A DNA stretch of 64,000 bases from a virus (taxonomy: Duplodnaviria > Caudoviricetes). The notes under the pieces are model-generated. The model did not search any database. It was not told where the DNA came from and saw only the letters and a list, made by a program, of their open reading frames with translations. The position numbers and the translations under genes are program-made. Every line of letters starts with the position of its first letter. Position 1 is the stretch's first letter. Positions 1 through 9,595 of the stretch are shown here, one piece after another. The stretch lies in the IMG/VR virus record IMGVR_UViG_3300030372_004928, positions 1 through 64,000 of that record. One strand, given 5' to 3'.

Positions 1-1859
1 AAGACATTGAATTCACTTTCCATAAAGTCTACAACATCTAAATCTCCAACTTCAAACCAAGCTGTTCTTGCATCTGAATTTATATAAGCTGCTTTTTTGC
101 CATCGCTATAAGCAATCTTACTTACATCTAATAAACCTTTATAATCTTGTTCTAAAAATTTATCAAACTGAAAATACATTGGTGCAGTTAATATAGAACT
201 TCTAAATATAGCTTGTTCTGTATTTCCTTTTCCATCACTAGCGTATGTATCTCCATATCTTTGTCTATTCATTCCTATTAAATCCCAACATTCTTGTTTA
301 ATAGCAAGTAAGTTATTCCACATTTTATCCATAGCATGACCTAACCCCATATCAACAGCTTTTATTCCTTGAATAAATTGTTGAGCATTTGGAGCAGTTT
401 CATCATAAACCATGAAATTCATAGCTTCCATAAAATAAAAGAATTTATCTTCATCCCATCCTCTACCTCCACCATCAGGTATCATACCTAAAGGCAAAGC
501 CATAATCTTTTCTTTATTTTTAGCTAATAATAACTCCCATCTATAATGGAAAATATTATATAACATTTGATAAGATAGCATTTGTTTTACTTTACTATCT
601 ACTTCAGAAATTCTATAACCAAACATAGCACCATTGTAAGGTAATTTACAACTAGCCATATTGTTTAACATATGTCTTTGTGCTAAACCTCTTCCACCAT
701 CTATATAAAATACATTATCAACTCTATAATTTTCATACCATTCACAGATATAAATTTCTTCTAATTTAATATCTCCATTCTCTTTATCTAAAACATATGT
801 ATCATCAACATACATTTCTTTTAACTCCCCTAGCATTGATTCATAATGTAAAATATATATTTTAGTTATAGTATTCCAAACTACATGATATAAAGTAATA
901 TTGCCTGTAGTATCTATAGCTAATGAACTATTTGAGTTATCTCTTGTATCAAAATGGTGTGATGACATATTAATAGTATCATGACTTATATTGTTTCCAT
1001 CAAACATTTTTTGGTCAATATACTTTAATATCTCATCCTTTTGTTTATGTTCTCTTATTTCTTCATAAAATTTTCCAAGTAATTCATTACCTGTAACTTG
1101 TCTTGAAACTACAATAGCTTCAGCATCTTCTGCATATGTGTTATTTCCCCAACCAATAACACTAACATCTCTAGGGTCGATAACTTCATAAATAACTTCA
1201 TCGTGTCTTGGTTCTTTAAATGTAAAAACCCTACCAGCTACAACCCAATCATACATAAGTTTTAAAACTTTTTGATCAAGGTTGACATTATATTTAATAT
1301 AATCAAGTGCTTCTTGCCCAATTATTGCACGTTTATCATCATAATTTTCTTCAAATGCTTGTTGTGCTTCTTTAGGGTCTTGTGTTTCTTGAGAAGGTAC
1401 TCCTGTATCTACTAAAGTATTAAGTTCATTTACAATAGTTTGAGATAATACTTTTTCCATCTCTTCAGCTAAAGCTTCTTTCTTCCTGTTTTGAGCATCA
1501 GGGTTAGCAACAGTTACAGAAGCACCATGGTCTCTTTTTGATGTTTCGCCTACAAAACTAGATATTATAGGTTTTATAATATCATAATTTTTTAGTTTAG
1601 CAGGAAATCTTTGTAATTGTTGATTAGCTGTATTTAAAGGATTCGTAACATATTTATAATCGTCAGAATCTATTATACCTTGAGCAGCATCATAAAGTAT
1701 CTGTAACTCACTTTTTTCATTAGACATCATATTGTTTTGTCTAATGTAATAGTCAGCCATATCATTAATATACTCCTCTGTTTTTTTTGAAGAAGATATT
1801 AAATGAGATAATTTATAATTTCTGTCTTTTTTTATGTAACTCTTATTTTTATCTGTCAT
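1..1859 (-). CDS. Portal protein, crAss-like (runs off the window start)
   Basis: Not in the ORF track. Translated by hand from ATG at 1859: MTDKNKSY...FPAKLKNYDIIKPIISSFVGETSKRD...VANPDA, resembling the crAss-like portal N-terminus. Directly downstream of terminase. Confidence 0.85.
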   Translation of the reverse strand, partial: MTDKNKSYIKKDRNYKLSHLISSSKKTEEYINDMADYYIRQNNMMSNEKSELQILYDAAQGIIDSDDYKYVTNPLNTANQQLQRFPAKLKNYDIIKPIISSFVGETSKRDHGASVTVANPDAQNRKKEALAEEMEKVLSQTIVNELNTLVDTGVPSQETQDPKEAQQAFEENYDDKRAIIGQEALDYIKYNVNLDQKVLKLMYDWVVAGRVFTFKEPRHDEVIYEVIDPRDVSVIGWGNNTYAEDAEAIVVSRQVTGNELLGKFYEEIREHKQKDEILKYIDQKMFDGNNISHDTINMSSHHFDTRDNSNSSLAIDTTGNITLYHVVWNTITKIYILHYESMLGELKEMYVDDTYVLDKENGDIKLEEIYICEWYENYRVDNVFYIDGGRGLAQRHMLNNMASCKLPYNGAMFGYRISEVDSKVKQMLSYQMLYNIFHYRWELLLAKNKEKIMALPLGMIPDGGGRGWDEDKFFYFMEAMNFMVYDETAPNAQQFIQGIKAVDMGLGHAMDKMWNNLLAIKQECWDLIGMNRQRYGDTYASDGKGNTEQAIFRSSILTAPMYFQFDKFLEQDYKGLLDVSKIAYSDGKKAAYINSDARTAWFEVGDLDVVDFMESEFNV

Positions 1860-1868
1860 ACATAAAAT

Positions 1869-4205
1869 TTAAAAAAGAGGTCTATTAAAAATACTGTTTG
1901 TTTGATATGCTTTTGGAGCAGCTCTTTCAATATGTTCTACCTCTTTAATAATATATTCGCCAATAATCATTGCAGAAACTCTATCAAAATTGCCCTTTTT
2001 ATTCCACTTTAACAATTCTTTTAAAAACGCTACATCATATATATAAGAAAGAAATGTTTTATTTTTACCATTTTCTCCTCCTTTACTAACTATTTCTAAA
2101 AGATGATCTCTAAGATAAATTACTCCTTTTTCTAATCTTGCTGATGTCATATGCATTCCATAACCTCTTCCTGCTTTTCCACTAATATCTCTAGCAAATT
2201 GCATTTCAGGTTCTGTACAAAGTAAATGTAAAGCTTTATTTTTTCTCATAAAAGGAATTACATCTCCTCTATCATTTTCAAATAATAATTTAGCATTATA
2301 TCTTTGTAATAAATAAAGAACTTGTCTGTTATAATCGTCTTGTCTTTCTGGTCTACCTGTATAATTAGCTACAAGAATACCTCCTTTACTTCCTGTATAC
2401 TTATTTGGGAGTTGATAAACATAAGTAACTGCAACAGAGTTTCTTACTGTTATATAATCACTTGTTTTATCAACTCCATAAGGGTCTTGAAAAGCCACGT
2501 ATAAATTGGGTGGTACTTTGCCGTGTGAATCTCTCCAAGGACTTTGCCATTCAACAACACATCCATGAGGGTCAGTTCCTTTTCTTCTAGGAAATTCGTC
2601 TAATGGTGGATGTATTTTTTTACCCTCTGCATATAATTCTTCATTTGTCTTGAGTCTAATTCCGTATTTTTTGTCTGGAATTAAAACTCCACATCTTCTA
2701 GCATTATTTACACTTGGGTTTCTTAAAATATAATTAATTTGTGCTTGTATTTCTTCAGTAGGGAAAATATTATTACTATCTCTAGCGAATGCTTCAGAAG
2801 GACTATTCGCTCTTTGCCCACACCAACGCATATAACTTGCCTCATTAGTAGATACTAATCTTTTAATTTCCTTCTTCTTTATATGTGAGTTATACGCAGT
2901 TTTATAATTTGTGTTGCCATTATAATCCATATGTCCTTCAAGACCGTCTACATGTGCATAAAAATAACAACAAGGAGTACCTTCTGCTGAATCATCCCAT
3001 AAGTTATTACAAGGTAATATATTAAATGCATCAGGATTATAACAAACTTCTTCAAAAGCTAACCAGTTAGCATCTTTAGTTCCACCTGTTCCCCATCCTG
3101 TTAAAAAACCTACAACATTATCTCCTGCTTCAGTTGCAGAAACTGTTACATCGTATGTTTCAACAAAATTAGGAAATTTTCCCATTTCTTCAAATTGTGC
3201 TTCAATAGTATCTTTACCTATTAAACAATCTGGGTTATTCATAGCTGATAGTGCTAAAACTTCTGATTGATAACCTCTCTTTATATTTTCTCCTTTAAGT
3301 TTATAACCAAAAGATAATTCACTATTAGTATCTTTTTGTCTATGCTTACCCCAATCAGTATGTTCCCATACATGATCTGCGTAAGATTTAGTCATATTAA
3401 ATAATGCTTTTTCTCCTGTATTTAAATATTTTAAATCAGAAGCTACTTGTGCGGTAGTACTATAAGCTTGTAAATCTGCATTATTAAATGCACACCAAGC
3501 ATTCCAATAAGATTGTCCTTTCCGTCTTGCTTTACCATAAAAGAAGTTTTTGCCAATAGTGCGAGCAAATCCTCTTGCAGTACTTATATGATATTGTGCG
3601 TCAAAGAAATCTGGAAAATCTATGGTTTTAGAAGTAACTTTATTTGTAGAAATCTTACCCATTAATTCTTTAACAATTAATGTTTCTTTAGATTCTTCAC
3701 TAGTTTTTTTAGCTTTTTTTAATTCATCTTCAGTAATATCACTATCATCAATAGTTCTTTTTATTGGAGCATAATTTAAAAATCCATAATACTCTCCTTG
3801 AATATGTACTAATCTTCTTTTACCTTTTTTATCTATTCCTGCCCAAGCAGTCATTCCATGTTTTCTTCTATACTCTTCTCTATCATACCATTCATTATAC
3901 GCAAAAGAATCATATTCTGGATGTAGTTTAGTATAGCATCCATGCTTTTTAAAATGAAAAGCTGCTTGTCTAAAAACATCTATATCAATAAATTTTAATT
4001 CTTCTTGAGGTTCTCTTTCATATAATGGTCTTGCAACAAACTCTCCATTTAAATCAGTTTTTCCATATTTTTGACCATTATCAAAATATCTTTGAATTAC
4101 CCAAACAAACGCTATATCAGGATTATTAAATCTTTTCTCTTCTTCTAAAGAATAATTTAATAACTTGATATTTCGTTCATCTGTTATTTTTCCAAAAATT
4201 GTCAT
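1869..4205 (-). CDS. terL: Terminase large subunit
   Basis: 778 aa. ATPase motifs GKARRKGQSY and FEEMGKF; C-terminal RNase H-like nuclease (QDPYG, LLFENDRG, GNFDRVSA). Adjacent to portal. Confidence 0.9.
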   Translation of the reverse strand: MTIFGKITDERNIKLLNYSLEEEKRFNNPDIAFVWVIQRYFDNGQKYGKTDLNGEFVARPLYEREPQEELKFIDIDVFRQAAFHFKKHGCYTKLHPEYDSFAYNEWYDREEYRRKHGMTAWAGIDKKGKRRLVHIQGEYYGFLNYAPIKRTIDDSDITEDELKKAKKTSEESKETLIVKELMGKISTNKVTSKTIDFPDFFDAQYHISTARGFARTIGKNFFYGKARRKGQSYWNAWCAFNNADLQAYSTTAQVASDLKYLNTGEKALFNMTKSYADHVWEHTDWGKHRQKDTNSELSFGYKLKGENIKRGYQSEVLALSAMNNPDCLIGKDTIEAQFEEMGKFPNFVETYDVTVSATEAGDNVVGFLTGWGTGGTKDANWLAFEEVCYNPDAFNILPCNNLWDDSAEGTPCCYFYAHVDGLEGHMDYNGNTNYKTAYNSHIKKKEIKRLVSTNEASYMRWCGQRANSPSEAFARDSNNIFPTEEIQAQINYILRNPSVNNARRCGVLIPDKKYGIRLKTNEELYAEGKKIHPPLDEFPRRKGTDPHGCVVEWQSPWRDSHGKVPPNLYVAFQDPYGVDKTSDYITVRNSVAVTYVYQLPNKYTGSKGGILVANYTGRPERQDDYNRQVLYLLQRYNAKLLFENDRGDVIPFMRKNKALHLLCTEPEMQFARDISGKAGRGYGMHMTSARLEKGVIYLRDHLLEIVSKGGENGKNKTFLSYIYDVAFLKELLKWNKKGNFDRVSAMIIGEYIIKEVEHIERAAPKAYQTNSIFNRPLF

Positions 4206-4633
4206 TGTAGTAAACTTATTAAAAGAGCTGTAGTTAAGCCTATTGTAAAAACACCCCCACCAATAAGACTTATTGTATATTTAGTCTTAAGTTTCTTTTT
4301 TTCTTTTTTTAAACTTTTAATATATTCATCATTAACTTTTAATATTTCAGTATATTGAATTTCAGTATCTTGTAAGTTTTTTATTTGCTTTCTACTATTG
4401 GCAATAACTATATCAAGATTATCTATTAATTTATGTTGAGTAGATATAACCATTAAAGATGAATCTACAAATTTGCTACATTCTATTTGTAATTTTTTAG
4501 CTATTTCAAAACTATCCAGTTGATTAGCAACTTTTTCCAGTATATATCTTTCAACACAAACTTTATCATTTTGCCCTTTAGCAGATATAGATAAAAGATT
4601 AATAATAATTAAAATAAATATATTAACTCTCAT
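4202..4633 (-). CDS. Secreted coiled-coil protein with C-terminal TM helix (spanin-like candidate)
   Basis: Signal peptide ending SAKG|Q, coiled coil, basic patch, then hydrophobic C-terminus. ATGA overlap with terL. Function is inference. Confidence 0.45.
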   Translation of the reverse strand: MRVNIFILIIINLLSISAKGQNDKVCVERYILEKVANQLDSFEIAKKLQIECSKFVDSSLMVISTQHKLIDNLDIVIANSRKQIKNLQDTEIQYTEILKVNDEYIKSLKKEKKKLKTKYTISLIGGGVFTIGLTTALLISLLQ

Positions 4634-4805
4634 TTTCTAATGATTTTTTACATTGGCGAATAATACGATTACATAATTTATTATGTTCATGCTTTTTACC
4701 ATTCTGCCATTTTATATACTCAAATGTTTGGATGATAGCTTTTATATCTTCAATATTTAAATTAACTTTTAAATGTTTTTTCATTTTATTTTTTATACAA
4801 TTCAA
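4623..4805 (-). CDS. Hypothetical protein (true start may be the internal Met at 4783)
   Basis: ORF track; packed in operon. Confidence 0.5.
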   Translation of the reverse strand: MNCIKNKMKKHLKVNLNIEDIKAIIQTFEYIKWQNGKKHEHNKLCNRIIRQCKKSLENES

Positions 4806-4965
4806 AACCTAAATTAAATAACATAAATCTAAATTTAGAACATTTATCTTTATCACAAGGACATAGTTTAATTTCAAATACTGTTAACTTTCCTAACCTT
4901 ATTGTTATACTATATTTATTTTTTTTATTTATACTTTTCCAAGAATTAATCCAATCAATTTTCAT
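4786..4965 (-). CDS. 59-aa hypothetical protein (MKIDWINSWKS...FNLGFELYKK)
   Basis: Hand-translated, below the track cutoff; fills the operon gap. Confidence 0.55.
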   Translation of the reverse strand: MKIDWINSWKSINKKNKYSITIRLGKLTVFEIKLCPCDKDKCSKFRFMLFNLGFELYKK

Positions 4966-4980
4966 AATTTATAAATTTAG

Positions 4981-5328
4981 TTATTTAGATAATCTACGAA
5001 TGAGTGCAATATCACTACTATCACTATAATTAGTAATGGTATATGATTTTTTCAATTTGGTAATTTCTTTAGAAATATTTTCAAGATTTTGTCTGTTATC
5101 GGGAATTAAATACCGAATTGAATCTATTTTTTCATATAGAACAATATTTTCATTTTGCAATTGGTCAAATTCATATTTTAATACATTTATTGTTTCTTGC
5201 ATATTCATTCGAATCTTATTGTAATTTATATAAGGTTCGGGAGGTTTTCTAAATATTATAATAAAAAATAATATTAAAAGTAATATAGATTGAACTATAA
5301 AAACTATATGTGTAGCAGATAATTTCAT
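4981..5328 (-). CDS. N-terminally anchored coiled-coil protein (i-spanin-like candidate)
   Basis: Single N-terminal TM (IVFIVQSILLLILFFIIIF) followed by a coiled coil; near the endolysin. Confidence 0.45.
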   Translation of the reverse strand: MKLSATHIVFIVQSILLLILFFIIIFRKPPEPYINYNKIRMNMQETINVLKYEFDQLQNENIVLYEKIDSIRYLIPDNRQNLENISKEITKLKKSYTITNYSDSSDIALIRRLSK

Positions 5329-5414
5329 TTAGATAATATTAAAATTATTAATATTAATAGTATTAACATACTTGCCCATATTTGCATTATTGAATTAAAT
5401 TCTTTTTTATCCAT
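5325..5414 (-). CDS. 29-aa single-TM peptide MDKKEFNSIMQIWASMLILLILIILILSK
   Basis: Hand-translated. TAATG overlap with the upstream gene and ATGA overlap with the downstream gene. Confidence 0.55.
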   Translation of the reverse strand: MDKKEFNSIMQIWASMLILLILIILILSK

Positions 5415-5620
5415 TATAATTCATCATCTTGATAAGAGTTATTAAATTTACTCTGTATTATTTCATGTTCTGTTTGTCTATCTTGTATCTTACAAAAAGT
5501 TAAAAGACTATTCATTTTTTTATGAAAATCTGCAATTACATTTTCTAAAAGAACTATTCTTTCTTTTTGTATTTCATTTTGTCTTATTAAATTTTTTATT
5601 TTTTCACGCTGTGTCATCAC
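5414..5620 (-). CDS. Hypothetical coiled-coil protein
   Basis: ORF track; coupled within operon. Confidence 0.55.
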   Translation of the reverse strand: MMTQREKIKNLIRQNEIQKERIVLLENVIADFHKKMNSLLTFCKIQDRQTEHEIIQSKFNNSYQDDEL

Positions 5621-5915
5621 TATTTAATTTATTTTTTAATTTGGTTTCTAAATCTTTATCCATTATAGGCAACCATTTAGATTCTGGACATGCAGAAGAT
5701 AGTGACCTAGTTTTTAATTTTAAACTACATCCACATAAAGAACAACAAGGCTGTGTTCCTAATACAGTACAATTTTTGCCGTTAGTATCAAAAAAAGAAC
5801 AGTTTTTACAAATAGAAAATCTTTCTTCTGCTATATCTTCAATATGTTTCTTTTTAAAAATATTATTTTTAATACCTTCTAATATTTGTTTTCTATTTTT
5901 AAAAATATTTTTCAC
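5604..5915 (-). CDS. Cys-rich putative Zn-binding protein
   Basis: CxxC...C...CCxxCGC...CP..KW pattern. Confidence 0.65.
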   Translation of the reverse strand: MKNIFKNRKQILEGIKNNIFKKKHIEDIAEERFSICKNCSFFDTNGKNCTVLGTQPCCSLCGCSLKLKTRSLSSACPESKWLPIMDKDLETKLKNKLNSDDTA

Positions 5916-5918
5916 AAC

Positions 5919-6953
5919 TTAATAATTAAGAGGTTTTCTAGAAACTTTTTTCTTAGCTTTGATTTCTACTTTTTGTTCTCTAGACAATACTTTATCAACA
6001 TGATCTCGAAGATAAGATATATTATAAAAAATGGGCTCATGATAAATAAGGTTACTATTTTGGACTTCAATTCGTAAATGACATAAAATTAATCCTAAAC
6101 ATTTCAACCCCCATAATTCACAAATTCTTGCATATAAACTTAATTGTAAACTATACAATGTTCCCTTACAATTTTGTAAATCATTTAAAGGTTCAAACAT
6201 CCTTTCATCTTTGTCAACCCATTCATCAGTTTTTACTTTTTTAGTTCTATTATAATTCCAGACTTTCTTAAAATACCCACTTTGAAATTGTAAAGGGTCT
6301 TTATTTGTTTTCCAATCTACTATATAAAATTCACTTTTATCATTTACAGCTATAATGTCTATCATACCACTAATTCTGTGTTCATATGAATAAACACGTT
6401 TTTCTGCAAATAATGTAAAACCTCTTTTAATTAGTTTTTTTAATACTTCAAAAACTGATTTATGCGTTTTACTTAATGGACTATCTTTTAATGTTTCTAT
6501 ATTTTTTATTGCGAAAGTAAATGATGGTAATTCTCCAACAGATACTGTTTCGTTTATTTCTTTTTCTTTATAAAAATTGTTTATACAATTTTCAAGATAA
6601 TCATGTTCCTTATTTCCTCTATCACAAGCATCTGCAGCATTTTTCTCCCATTCATAATTTATTTTAACAGGATGCTTTTTCATCGGCAATATCCCCGAAG
6701 ATAATTCAGAAATTGTATAGTATCTTCCAGAATCAGTACGAAATCTTTTACACCATATTCTATCAGGCATATCTGGTCTAGGTTTTCCGTACATACCATA
6801 TTCTTGGTCTATTGCTCTATACCAAGCCCAAAAATCTTTATTAAACTTAGGTTTATATTTATCTATAAGTTGAGTTACACTAGTATATGCATTTCCCTCA
6901 TTATCCGTATACTTATGTTCTTCAGCATCAAAATATATTTTAACCTTTTTCAT
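5919..6953 (-). CDS. PD-(D/E)XK (Cas4/RecB-like) nuclease
   Basis: RGNKEH, EKRV, GMIDII, IVDWKT, YSLQLSLY motifs. Confidence 0.8.
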   Translation of the reverse strand: MKKVKIYFDAEEHKYTDNEGNAYTSVTQLIDKYKPKFNKDFWAWYRAIDQEYGMYGKPRPDMPDRIWCKRFRTDSGRYYTISELSSGILPMKKHPVKINYEWEKNAADACDRGNKEHDYLENCINNFYKEKEINETVSVGELPSFTFAIKNIETLKDSPLSKTHKSVFEVLKKLIKRGFTLFAEKRVYSYEHRISGMIDIIAVNDKSEFYIVDWKTNKDPLQFQSGYFKKVWNYNRTKKVKTDEWVDKDERMFEPLNDLQNCKGTLYSLQLSLYARICELWGLKCLGLILCHLRIEVQNSNLIYHEPIFYNISYLRDHVDKVLSREQKVEIKAKKKVSRKPLNY

Positions 6954-6956
6954 AAA

Positions 6957-7751
6957 TTACTTTTTTATGTCTTTACTCTCTATTAAAGTATATGTAAATT
7001 TGTTTCCCCAAATATCTTCAGCTTTATAACATATATCCATAAATTCATCGAAATCATCAGGGTCTTGAAATACTTGACAACCTGCAGAATATTTATTGAT
7101 ATAATTACTTATTTTATAAGCACTACTCCTGTGTATATTAATTCCAAAATAACCTTCATCTATACTGTTTGTTACATAATCATATACAGCGTCTTTGTTA
7201 CCATCTCTATAAACTTTAACTACACCGTTTCTTTGACATAGTGCTTTATATTTTCCATTATGTAAATCTATCTTATATACATTCCAGTATTGACCAGGTA
7301 CTAAAATAGCACAACCCTTAGTGTTTGAAGGATTGTCTATCCAATACTCCCCTGGGTCTGTTGTAGCTTCCCAACAATGGAAATGCCAATCTCCATTTAA
7401 TTTATATGATATAGTGATGTGGTCATCATAATGATTAGTAACTCTACCTTCAGTATCTGAATTTCTTATACCTACAATGTTTACTTGGTAATCTTCTCTA
7501 TTAAACCATTTATAACCTTTTTTGCGTGTAGCGTCATACACCTGTTGTAAAGTGTATTTATAACTTATTGTATGTAACTCTTTCCAAGTATTTGAACCTA
7601 CAACTCCGTCAACTACTAAACCTTTTTCTTCTTGATATTTTTTTACTGCAGATTCTGTTTTTGCTCCAAAAATACCGTCAGCTTCAAGTCCTAATTTGAT
7701 TTGAAGTTCTTTTACATATTTACCTTTACTACCCTTTTTTAATTGCATCAT
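6957..7751 (-). CDS. Putative endolysin: PG-binding domain plus L,D-transpeptidase-like catalytic domain
   Basis: N-terminal PG_binding_1 pattern (LKKGSKG..VKELQ..LG..ADGIFG.KT..AV..YQ...GL.VDGVVG.NTW); C-terminal GINIH...SAGCQV. Confidence 0.75.
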   Translation of the reverse strand: MMQLKKGSKGKYVKELQIKLGLEADGIFGAKTESAVKKYQEEKGLVVDGVVGSNTWKELHTISYKYTLQQVYDATRKKGYKWFNREDYQVNIVGIRNSDTEGRVTNHYDDHITISYKLNGDWHFHCWEATTDPGEYWIDNPSNTKGCAILVPGQYWNVYKIDLHNGKYKALCQRNGVVKVYRDGNKDAVYDYVTNSIDEGYFGINIHRSSAYKISNYINKYSAGCQVFQDPDDFDEFMDICYKAEDIWGNKFTYTLIESKDIKK

Positions 7752-7860
7752 TTATATTTTTAAAAAAGAAAAGACGAATTGAATTAAACTATTATAACGA
7801 CCTATTTTAACGCCCTATTTGTTAAAAAAATAAATTTAGTTTTTCGCCTTTTCTTATATC

Positions 7861-8103
7861 TTATGAATTTCTTATATAGGAATATCCCATTTCTTCTCTT
7901 TTTTCATTTATTAGTTTTAAAACTTTGTGTTTAAATAAAACACCTGACCTCGGTTTTAAACTAACTACAAAATCTCTTATTTCAAGAGCATCTTTAATAT
8001 TGTTATAAACACCAACACTAACAGTACTTGATTTTCGATTTACCATATCTCTCATTTGAAATTTAACTTGATATGTGCCATCTACAACTCTAATGTATTT
8101 CAT
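7861..8103 (-). CDS. AP2-like DNA-binding protein
   Basis: YI....YQV.......VGVY...DA...RD pattern; basic. Confidence 0.5.
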   Translation of the reverse strand: MKYIRVVDGTYQVKFQMRDMVNRKSSTVSVGVYNNIKDALEIRDFVVSLKPRSGVLFKHKVLKLINEKREEMGYSYIRNS

Positions 8104-8104
8104 A

Positions 8105-8767
8105 TTATGAAGGATCTTCTCGGTTTCTTTTAATTTTATCTCCCTGCAATTTTTTTGCAGTACCAGATTCTTTTCTTACTTTTTCTTGTAAAGCTGTAAC
8201 TCCATCTAATGTTTTTGGTAGCTTTGTTCCTAAACTTAATATTTCAGTAATATTAACTTGTATAATTTTGTTAGATTCCATTATAGATTCTGCTTCCAAT
8301 GGTGTAATAGATGCATCTTTCATTAATTTGTTATTCATCTGTATTACTAATTCCATCTGTGCAATATAAGATTCTATCGCAGTAGCAGACATTGATAACC
8401 CTTTTTCAATAGCAATTAGAATTCTTGCTGAAGGTATATAGTAATCTATTATCTCTTTATATTTTTTTATACACTCTTTAACAACCTTATCTGCAGTCCA
8501 AGTTGTAGGCAATCCACAATCTTTTTTAGCTTTTTTAGGTCTGTCATAATCTGATAAACCCCTATGATAAGTATCCCAATCAGACATAAAGTATATATAC
8601 TTCAACTCCTTAAAATTAAGAATTTTTTTCCTACCATCAGCATCTCCCTTAATTTTTCTTTGCCTTTTTAATAAAGTTGTAAACGGTTCTATGCCACGAA
8701 TAGAATCATGGTTAATAATTAAATCCCCATTTGAATCAACAATTAGTGGTTTCTCTATTCCTATCAT
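8105..8767 (-). CDS. Conserved crAss-like protein (possible small terminase, unproven)
   Basis: ELKYIYFMSD...GLP..W.AD..V..CI.KY N-terminal helical pattern and a C-terminal coiled coil. Confidence 0.5.
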   Translation of the reverse strand: MIGIEKPLIVDSNGDLIINHDSIRGIEPFTTLLKRQRKIKGDADGRKKILNFKELKYIYFMSDWDTYHRGLSDYDRPKKAKKDCGLPTTWTADKVVKECIKKYKEIIDYYIPSARILIAIEKGLSMSATAIESYIAQMELVIQMNNKLMKDASITPLEAESIMESNKIIQVNITEILSLGTKLPKTLDGVTALQEKVRKESGTAKKLQGDKIKRNREDPS

Positions 8768-8778
8768 AATTATTATTT

Positions 8779-8817
8779 AAAAAAAACTTGCTTAATATAC
8801 GTCTATATTAGCAAGTT
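8779..8817 (-). terminator. Intrinsic terminator
   Basis: AACTTGC(T)TAATATA/TATATTAGCAAGTT stem; the A-run on the left is a U-tract on the minus strand. Confidence 0.6.
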
Positions 8818-8886
8818 AAAAAGACAACTATATTATTATTACCTCTAGTTGCCGAAATTATATCCATTAAGTTTTTATTTTATAAG

Positions 8887-9135
8887 TTAATCAGAAATGT
8901 CTTTTATATGGGGTTCATAAAATCTCTTGTCAGATTCTAAATATTTATCCCTACCCTCTTTTACAAAAAATCTTCCAAAATAAGGAAGTTCGATAAATCT
9001 CTTCTCTTCCATCGCCCCTTTAATTGATTCATATTGAAAGTCTACTATAGAGTATATATCTTCATCGTTTAAATTAAGATTCATCTCTTTAGCAATGTCT
9101 TTTAAAATGTTTATATTTTTATTATCCGTTATCAC
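8887..9135 (-). CDS. HU/IHF-like DNA-binding protein
   Basis: 82 aa: two N-terminal helices then IELPYFGRFFVK, resembling the HU beta-arm motif. Confidence 0.6.
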   Translation of the reverse strand: MITDNKNINILKDIAKEMNLNLNDEDIYSIVDFQYESIKGAMEEKRFIELPYFGRFFVKEGRDKYLESDKRFYEPHIKDISD

Positions 9136-9523
9136 TCTTTCGCCCCGTGTTAATTATTTTTTGTTCAGCAATAATTCCAAACATCCCTATACACTCCTTA
9201 ACAAATTTTAAAAAACATTGGTCTATCGTTTTTTGCATTCTATTACTACTCGGCATCTTGCCTTTAAGTGTTTGTGCAGTTTCTGTTGTTTCCCATAACT
9301 TAACAGTCTTGTTAGATTTTTTAATCTGTAAAAAATATGTTAAACGTACTGTTACTTCTAAATCTTTCCTAGCACCTATTATCTCTGTTTTATTATTGTC
9401 GTAAATACTTATGTCAATTCTATATTGCTTATCTATATTCCTTTCCTCTAATTCACTATTCCAATAATCTAAACAATTTAATACTAGTTGTTGGGTTACA
9501 CTTTCTTCTTTTTTCCTTTCCAT
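9122..9523 (-). CDS. Hypothetical protein, first gene of the leftward operon
   Basis: ORF track. Confidence 0.6.
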   Translation of the reverse strand: MERKKEESVTQQLVLNCLDYWNSELEERNIDKQYRIDISIYDNNKTEIIGARKDLEVTVRLTYFLQIKKSNKTVKLWETTETAQTLKGKMPSSNRMQKTIDQCFLKFVKECIGMFGIIAEQKIINTGRKSDNG

Positions 9524-9563
9524 GTTTTGTTATATATATATTTATTAAAATATCCTGTTATAA

Positions 9564-9595
9564 CAAAAGTATATTTTTAAAAAGTATTCTACAAA
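9564..9595 (-). promoter_or_regulatory. Bacteroidota primary-sigma promoter
   Basis: Minus strand TTTG (9592-9595) - 20 nt - TACTTTTG (9564-9571), matching TTTG-N19-21-TAnnTTTG, about 40 nt upstream of the ATG at 9523. Confidence 0.7.

Noticed and set aside
5919-6953. cas4 of a CRISPR system
   Set aside because: There is no array or cas operon; stand-alone Cas4-like nucleases are common in phages.
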